Source: Octopus vulgaris
Lineage: Eukaryota
Reading direction: 5' to 3'
Assembly (NCBI GenBank): GCA_951406725.2
Contig: OX597821.1
Coordinates: 110,980,001 to 111,044,000, forward strand
DNA length: 64,000 nt
Position 1 is the stretch's first letter. Each line of letters starts with the position of its first letter. The notes under the pieces were generated by a model. The model had not been told where the DNA came from. It did not search any database and worked only from the letters and a program-made list of their open reading frames with translations. Of the stretch, positions 56,762 to 64,000 are shown one piece after another. A program made the position numbers and the translations under genes.

Positions 56762-57153
56762 AAATAATATATATATATTCATATATAATATGCAATGCAA
56801 ATAATTAAAAATGGAGAAAACTCGGACCACATTTATAGCTTATTTTGTTTAATACAAAGCATGACATAACAGAACAGGTGACGTCACATATCTTAGATAT
56901 TTCACCTATTCTGTTATAAATAAGCTATAAATGTAGTCCAACCGATGTGTTGACTACTCTGTAGTCTTCTCCATTTTCTGGTTATTTGCATGGGTTCCTG
57001 ATAAGCTCTTGTTTATCCTGTTGTTACCTGCACTCTACGTGTATGGTGTACCTGCACACCAATGCCCGGGGATAAAACAGGTAACGGATATCGATAGTAT
57101 ATACGGATAGTTTTATCCCTTAATCGGTTACTATAACCGCTAACTCTGTTTAC

Positions 57154-57206
<53 letters not shown>

Positions 57207-57210
<4 letters not shown>

Positions 57211-57411
57211 TCGTAAGTCGACCTATAGGCCTCCGTAGCTTTGTTTTATACTTTTACATTCTTAAGAGACATGCACAGGTAAAAGTCACACACATCATTC
57301 TGTACTATACAACATTATAAGAAATTAAACCCATTACATTTCAGCAGGACTGTTTATTACTGCTGCCGGAATCTGGCTCGCCAATCGTCGTAAAGTCGAT
57401 TAGTCGTAAGC

Positions 57412-57474
<63 letters not shown>

Positions 57475-57497
57475 GTCGTAAATCGCCAACGACCTGT
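57207..57497 (+). mobile_element. Deleted copy of the 1042-1566 Tigger-like MITE
   Basis: Shares GTAAAAGTCACACAC, AAGAAATTAAACCCATTACATTTC, CGCCAATCGTCGTAAAGTCG and right TIR ..ACGACCTG|TA. Confidence 0.8.
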
Positions 57498-57500
57498 ATA

Positions 57501-57587
<87 letters not shown>

Positions 57588-57589
57588 CA

Positions 57590-57650
<61 letters not shown>

Positions 57651-58670
57651 TATCATCATCATCATCATTTTCACTTCTGCTTCCATTTCTTGCCGAATGT
57701 CTTCTTGACACCTAGGGCAGAGAAACGTACTATATACGTTGCCAGGCCATTAAAATAAACACACCAAATTGTCCGTTTACAAAGTCACGTGATAAAGAAA
57801 AAGGGGAAGAAAGACAGAGAGAAAAAATAAAAATTAAAAATTAAAAAGTACACAAAGAAAATAAAGAGGAAAAGGGAAAGAAAAGTCACAGCGACGATGG
57901 TCTTCTCAATATGTGTGACGTACCAGTTAAGATAATCTTTTACACTTCCTGTTTGGATGGTATGCCAGGGACCATCTTAAATAATTTTCTGTTTTTTTGT
58001 TGTTGTTTTTTTTTTGATCATTCCAAAATAATTTAATTCGACTCCAAATGATTTAAAGTTTCGCAGGCTTCTAACAAAAGCCTGGCTCGTTCAGACTCAG
58101 ATAACCGAATGAAAAAATACAGAAAGTCGAAAATTGCTACCAGGAAATGGGCTGGCGTGTGTGTGTGTGTAAATTCTATTTGGGTTTCGTCCTTAGGGTT
58201 TACTTTATAAGCCCGACCAAGGGCATAGGCTATCAGATACTTTCATCCAACGAAAATATATACCGCTTCTCTGATGATATATCTGAAAATCTGTGAATAT
58301 CTGAAGAGTTTGTATAAACATTAACAAGAAAAATGGAGTTAGCAACTCGTTTTATTGCATACACTTACAATTGTTACATCGACACTTTAACGGAAGTTTG
58401 TTGGGGGGAATATCATTATGTAATGTATGAAATTATGCATTGAATCAGTTTATTTCCAATGCAATACTGGAGAATATAGACTCTTTATATCGATGTATAA
58501 ATCGAATTCGTATATTATAGAATAATATTCCAGCAATAAACTTCTGGGAAAGCTACGATGAAACAGTCGTAGAATTATACGATAAAACCAGTTGTTGATT
58601 CTAATCTCTTTGTTAAAGTATGTATATGTTTGTGTGTACGTAAACATAGACACAGACACACACACACACA

Positions 58671-58723
<53 letters not shown>

Positions 58724-59569
58724 GGAAGCGATGTGAATTCTGAAAAAAACTTCTTTCATTTACTAGTTAATCAATTCATATCGTAAAAAATCCATAGAGT
58801 AATATATTTAAAAGCATTAATTCAAATAACTATTATATACATAATTCAGTAATAGACTTATTATTCGTTTGTATAATAAATCATCATATTTCTTTATTAT
58901 TTCCTCTGATAGATATTGCCGAAGAAATGATTGATGTAGATTATATAAACTTATAAAAACCTTATTGAAACATCTGTACAATGGTTCTTAAAATAAATCT
59001 TTTTAACGTTTTATATATACAGACACTTTATATTTCTCTCCGTTTTTTTTTCCTCCTCTCTCCATCTGTTTTCTTTCTTCATATCTTTCTGTAGTAGAGC
59101 ATAGGTTTGAAACGTCTAAGATTTCTCCCATTTTTCCTGAGCGTTGAACTAATAATACACCTTATTTGTTGTTTCCTTGCCTGTTTCTCTCTTTCATTTT
59201 TTTTTTTGTTTGTTTTTGTACAATTTCGAACCATATATGTATATGTAAAATATTATCTCGATTTCTATTGGTATATGTTATATATTTTAATAATTACTGA
59301 TATTTTTATATTTTATATATTAAATATTTAAAGCATAATATATTATACATGTATGCATATTATTATAATTGTCCTTTTAGTAAATAAATAAATTGACATA
59401 ATATAATGTCTGAAAGTTGATGAATACCACCTATTGATCCCTTCCATTTTCTTATTGCTCTCTCTCTATATATATGTATATATATATATATGGCTTTAAC
59501 GTATATATATATATATATATATATATACATAGGTGTGTGTATGTATATGTGTGTGTATGTGATTACTCA

Positions 59570-60210
59570 GTTAAAATTCAAAATTTCTCGTCAGTACAGA
59601 AAGAGCCGGTTTCTAACCTTCATTGGAATTTCAACATCAACATGGTAACATGGTATTTTTGTATGTATGTATGTATGTATGTATGTATGTATGTATGTAT
59701 GTATGTATGTATGTGCAGATTTGCATGTTTTATGCATGTCTTCTCATGCATATAGTTTCATGTCTAGACATGCTCATATATATTTAAATGATAAACTTCT
59801 GGAAAGTTTTACAGATCTTTACAGTTCCAGTGATGAATTGAATGTGTAGTCTTCGAATTAGTTTTCCCCCTTACTGGTTTTGAGAAGCTTAATTTCTCAA
59901 GATTGGTATTTAGGCAGTGTGTTATATATCCCAGGGCCCCAATAATTACAGGTATAAACCTGAACTTGTAATCTGGATAGAGTAACTGCAGATTTCTCAA
60001 TAGTCCAGCATAGATATTCTCTTTTTCACTGATCTTCAGCTTTACGTTAATATCCGCTGAGCAGCTAATTTCCACAACTGTGCACAGTTTCTTTTCTCTA
60101 TCCCTAATCATTATATCTGGTCTGTTATGCTTACATTTTATAGAGGTCTTCACTGGTACATTCCACCAGTATTCCTTTTTATTATGAGTTGCCGTGGCTT
60201 CTACCATACT
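59570..60210 (-). mobile_element. R4/Dong-like non-LTR retrotransposon 3' fragment: restriction-like endonuclease domain plus 3' UTR
   Basis: YWWNVPVKT..HNRPDIMIRDREKKLCTVVEISC..KENIY..IPVIIGALG (RPD..E motif); a frameshift near 59870 continues KLIRRLHIQFITGTVKICKTFQKFII*. The 3' UTR recurs at 61450-61560. Confidence 0.88.
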
Positions 60211-60263
60211 GTGCGTTCTTATTTCTTATTTCTTATATATGTATGTATATACAACACCACTCT

Positions 60264-60342
<79 letters not shown>

Positions 60343-60661
60343 GCACCTTTTATCTGTTTTCTCTCTTTTTTTTAGGTGGTGAAAGAGTGAAGTGCAAGCA
60401 CAAAGAAGGCGCTGATCATAAAAACCGGTTCGATCTGGATTTAAAAGACATAGAAGGTAAACGAACTTTCGATATTTCGTTGTTTTAATCAATATTTTGA
60501 AAGAGATCCGACACGGTTTTCGATTTCTAATCGAAGCCTCTTAATTCAATAACGAACAACAGACTAGAAAACGAGGATGAATTTCAACTTGGTCACTTGA
60601 CCTTCTAGGTATAGCAGCCAAATCTCCCTCAAATCACATCATACTGTTTTATAAGAAAGGA

Positions 60662-61010
60662 TGCGCATGGCTGTGTGGTTAAGAAGTTCGCTTTGCAGCC
60701 ACGAGGTTTCAGGTTCGGTCCCACTGTGCGGTACCTTGTGAGTGAATTTGGTAAATGGAAACTACATGGAATTCCATCGTGTGTATGTGTGTGCGTGTGT
60801 GGGGTGTATCTATGTGCTTATGATTGTCTCCTCCACCCTTGACAACCGTTATTGGTTTGTTTAAGTTCCTATAACTTAGCGGTTCGGCAAAAGCGTCCCG
60901 CTAGAGTATATAATAGGCTTTAAAAAACAAGTGCTGGCGTCGATACGTTCGATCACACCTTACAAGGCGATGCTGTAGCATGGCCACAGTTCTACGAACG
61001 AAACAAGGAA
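60662..61010 (+). mobile_element. Diverged SINE family B
   Basis: Family B motifs. Confidence 0.75.
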
Positions 61011-61349
61011 AATAAGTAACAGACAAGAATACGGTGGGATGGCCACACTGGAACACATTTGATCACAGGGTTGTCTGACTGGGGCTGCGATGAGCAGAGG
61101 CTAAACAACAACAATAAAAATACCCATGGAAGAGTTTCTACGTGATGCTGTAAGGGCGTTCATGCCTTTACTAAATGTATTAAACGTCTGGTAGTTGTCT
61201 ACGACCGAAAGTCCAGTAAACGATGGATCCTCTACTTGTCGCACGACGTGTCAGACATAGCAGTCGATTCTTACTCAAATTACATCCTACCGTCTTAAAT
61301 GTGTATGTGTCTTTCAAAATCAGAAAAGGAGAATACATACATAAAATTT

Positions 61350-61434
<85 letters not shown>

Positions 61435-62277
61435 TGCATACATACATATATACATAACAAAATTACCCTGTTGTTTATGTTGAAATTCAAATTGAAGGAG
61501 CCTTGGATCTAGGTTAGAAACCGGATCTTTATTGGCAAGAAATCTTGAAATAAAACTGCATACATACATGCATCCATACATACACGCGCGTGCACACATT
61601 CACACTTATACATAGGTCTTCCGCTCATAAATTTTACTCGCATATGATTGGTCGGTCCAAGACTGTTATAGAACACACTTGACATAGATGCCTTCAAACG
61701 GATGGAACTTAAAACTGCATGATTACAAAATAAAGTTACCACACAGCTGGTCCTGGAGCGGATTCCTTAAAGGATGTACAATCGCCAGATTGTGGACTTA
61801 AGCCGAACATCTGGTTTTATTGCCTAAAAATACAGTATCCTGTTTTTAAAAAAATGTCAGGTGTTTCACGCTTGGATCATCGTTGACGATGAATATCTAC
61901 TTGATCAAAGCTGACCTGCAGTTAAAGAAGAACAAAAGGAAGTGTTTCTATCATACATGCACACAGATATAGATCCTGTACTTAATACAATGGAATCGAT
62001 ATGACTCAACAGACAATTGGGAGCCTTTAACTTGCCCGATCTGTTAAAAGTAGCAGTTAAATTTCCTTCAGTTTATATTTTAGTCTTAAAAAATGAGACG
62101 ACATTCAGACCATTATAGTCAAATAAAACAATCTTTCACTCGAAAACAGGATGATTTTTCTCGGGTGTCGTCTACAAAGCAGAGCCCGCGCTTGGCGCCA
62201 GTTTTACTGAATATTTTATTTAGAAATAGTAATAATTGTTATAAACCCAAAGTGGAATATCTAAGTTTAAAACTTAC

Positions 62278-62762
62278 TTGTGACGGCGTTCACCCAGGGC
62301 GGGTTGAGCCGGCTTCTTCTCTGGTCCTGACGGCATCACGAACCATGGCGGCCGTGCGAGGTCACTGGAGGTAGCGAGCCATTCGCGGTTCCATCTGCGC
62401 AGACCGACCACTGCGGACTTGATATTTCGGAGAGGTCCTCCTTTATTGTCGTTGCCCAGGTCTTCAGCTGTCCGCCCGTGCATCTGCGGCCAGCTGGGAA
62501 GTGGAGGTGGGAGGAGGACATCGCGAATCAGCTCACCCTCTGGACGCCGGGCTGCATGACCGAACCACCTTAAGCGCCGTTGTAGAAGCACCCAAGGGAG
62601 GGGACCGGAGATTCAGGTGATGACGAAGACCGGCTGTATGGACCCGACCAATGCGTCGGCAGCGAAGAATGCTGTGGAGACAGTCATTGTCGAACATCTC
62701 CAGCTTTCGCTAATCGGCTACCCTCATAGGCCATGTTTCACAACCATAGAGGAGGATAGCAG
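62278..62762 (-). mobile_element. RTE-clade LINE 3' ORF fragment
   Basis: AILLYGCETWPMRVAD*RKLEMFDNDCL..QRRLRWFGHAARRPEG..GGQLKTWATTIKEDL with stops and frameshifts. Confidence 0.85.
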
Positions 62763-62813
62763 AAAACAAATTCTAAGTTTAAAAGGTTTTAATCAACTAA
62801 AAATACTGTAATC

Positions 62814-63260
62814 GGATCTTTTCGGTTTGAACGGCAGTTTTTTCTAGCGGTGTCATATGAAATTGTCACCCATAATTATGACCCTATTATGCATTTCAAT
62901 CTCTTTTAGGGTTAATTAGGGATAGGGTTAGGGTTAGGGTTAGGGTTAGAGTTAGAGTTAGGGATGGGGGGAAGGGTATCTTTTTTCTTCACAAATGTAA
63001 ATAAACCCAATCTGTTTCTTAAACGAGGGACATATTGATACGGCACAGAATGCTTTTCAACTCAATAGACGTCAGTGATTGGTTGAAATTGCAGAAATTG
63101 AAGAAAAAAAACAACAAATATCTTACAAACTATAGAATTTTCTCAATAAAGCCAAGAGAAAAAGATGTTTTATAAACACATTCTACCAGTATACGAAGTT
63201 TAAATTTTTTTAGTTACCTAGAAATTATGTTAAAAACTGCCGTTCAAACCGAAAAGATCC
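62814..63260. mobile_element. MITE with 28-bp GG-starting TIRs, 8-bp TSD and internal (TTAGGG)n (Merlin-like by structure)
   Basis: TIR GGATCTTTTCGGTTTGAACGGCAGTTTT at both ends; flanks CTGTAATC / CAGTAATC; telomere-type repeats at about 62906-62963. Confidence 0.85.
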
Positions 63261-64000
63261 CAGTAATCTACAATACAAACATTGTTAAATTGTAAGCAAA
63301 ACCAAACTTCAACACAATAACAGTTTTATGCAGCGAGTTGCTGCAGTCTCGACTAACTAAAAACCAACACTGAATACGTTGTGCCGTAAACACAACAGAA
63401 CTCTGCGCAGTTGCACTGGAATTAAAACCGTGTTTCGTGGTCTGCTACCACAACAGCTCCTTTATAGGATCCAGTTAGCTCAAGACATCATAAGGAGGAA
63501 CCACGTCCGGTTTCGACCCCTACTCCTTAACCGTTTTGACGTGGCGAGGCCTCCCCTTACAGAGGTGTTCTCAGCTCTGGTGTTAGGCTGAAGACACCTC
63601 CGAAAGGAAGGGGGGGCCACAAGTAAAATAACAGCAATGGAGACAATCAAAATTACCTGATCAAAACTAAAATCACAACAATAATAATAATAACAATAAA
63701 TACCCTCGTAATTTTATGACTTGTCTTTATCTCGATTCATTTATCAGTTTATTACAATATGAATAAACTTTATTATTATTCGAAGTCTCCATAGTATTTA
63801 AAATGTCTTTATTCTGTTCGGTTTGAGCGTATTCGTACCGCAAATGAACAATACTGTGTAATACTTACACTAAACAGTGTTCACGTAACACTGGTAAGGC
63901 ATCTAATATGCACGTGCCTTCTTTGATGTGTAAATAGGTTCTCTTAATCTAACCAGTGATTATGCTAATCTGACTCATGATTATAATTTGAGAAAAATAC

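Noticed and set aside
62906-62963. True telomere or fusion site
   Set aside because: Short, degenerate and enclosed by TIRs with a TSD.

Overview
AT-rich, microsatellite-saturated eukaryotic DNA, mostly intronic or intergenic. The tRNA-derived SINE families and (TA)n/(TACA)n/(GATA)n/(TAA)n landscape suggest an octopod cephalopod (inference from pattern recognition, not searched). Nearly all ORFs in the track are translations of microsatellites or SINEs. Real coding remnants are all retrotransposon-derived: a Penelope-like GIY-YIG endonuclease (12.2-12.7 kb), R4/Dong-like restriction-like endonuclease fragments (8.0, 38.9, 53.2, 59.8-60.2 kb) and RTE LINE C-termini (52.7, 62.3-62.8 kb). One plausible 58-nt host-gene exon lies at 44845-44902. 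Several MITEs are present: pogo/Tigger-like, hAT-like, a GG-TIR element carrying (TTAGGG)n, and a foldback. The most notable signal is about a dozen dispersed type I hammerhead ribozyme motifs, some with intact cores and some with core variants. They mostly sit in short elements bounded by (TA)n, and two face outward within a near-perfect 380-bp palindrome. This points to a Penelope/retrozyme-like system of ribozyme-bearing retroelements. All structures were folded by eye; coordinates of diverged repeats are approximate.
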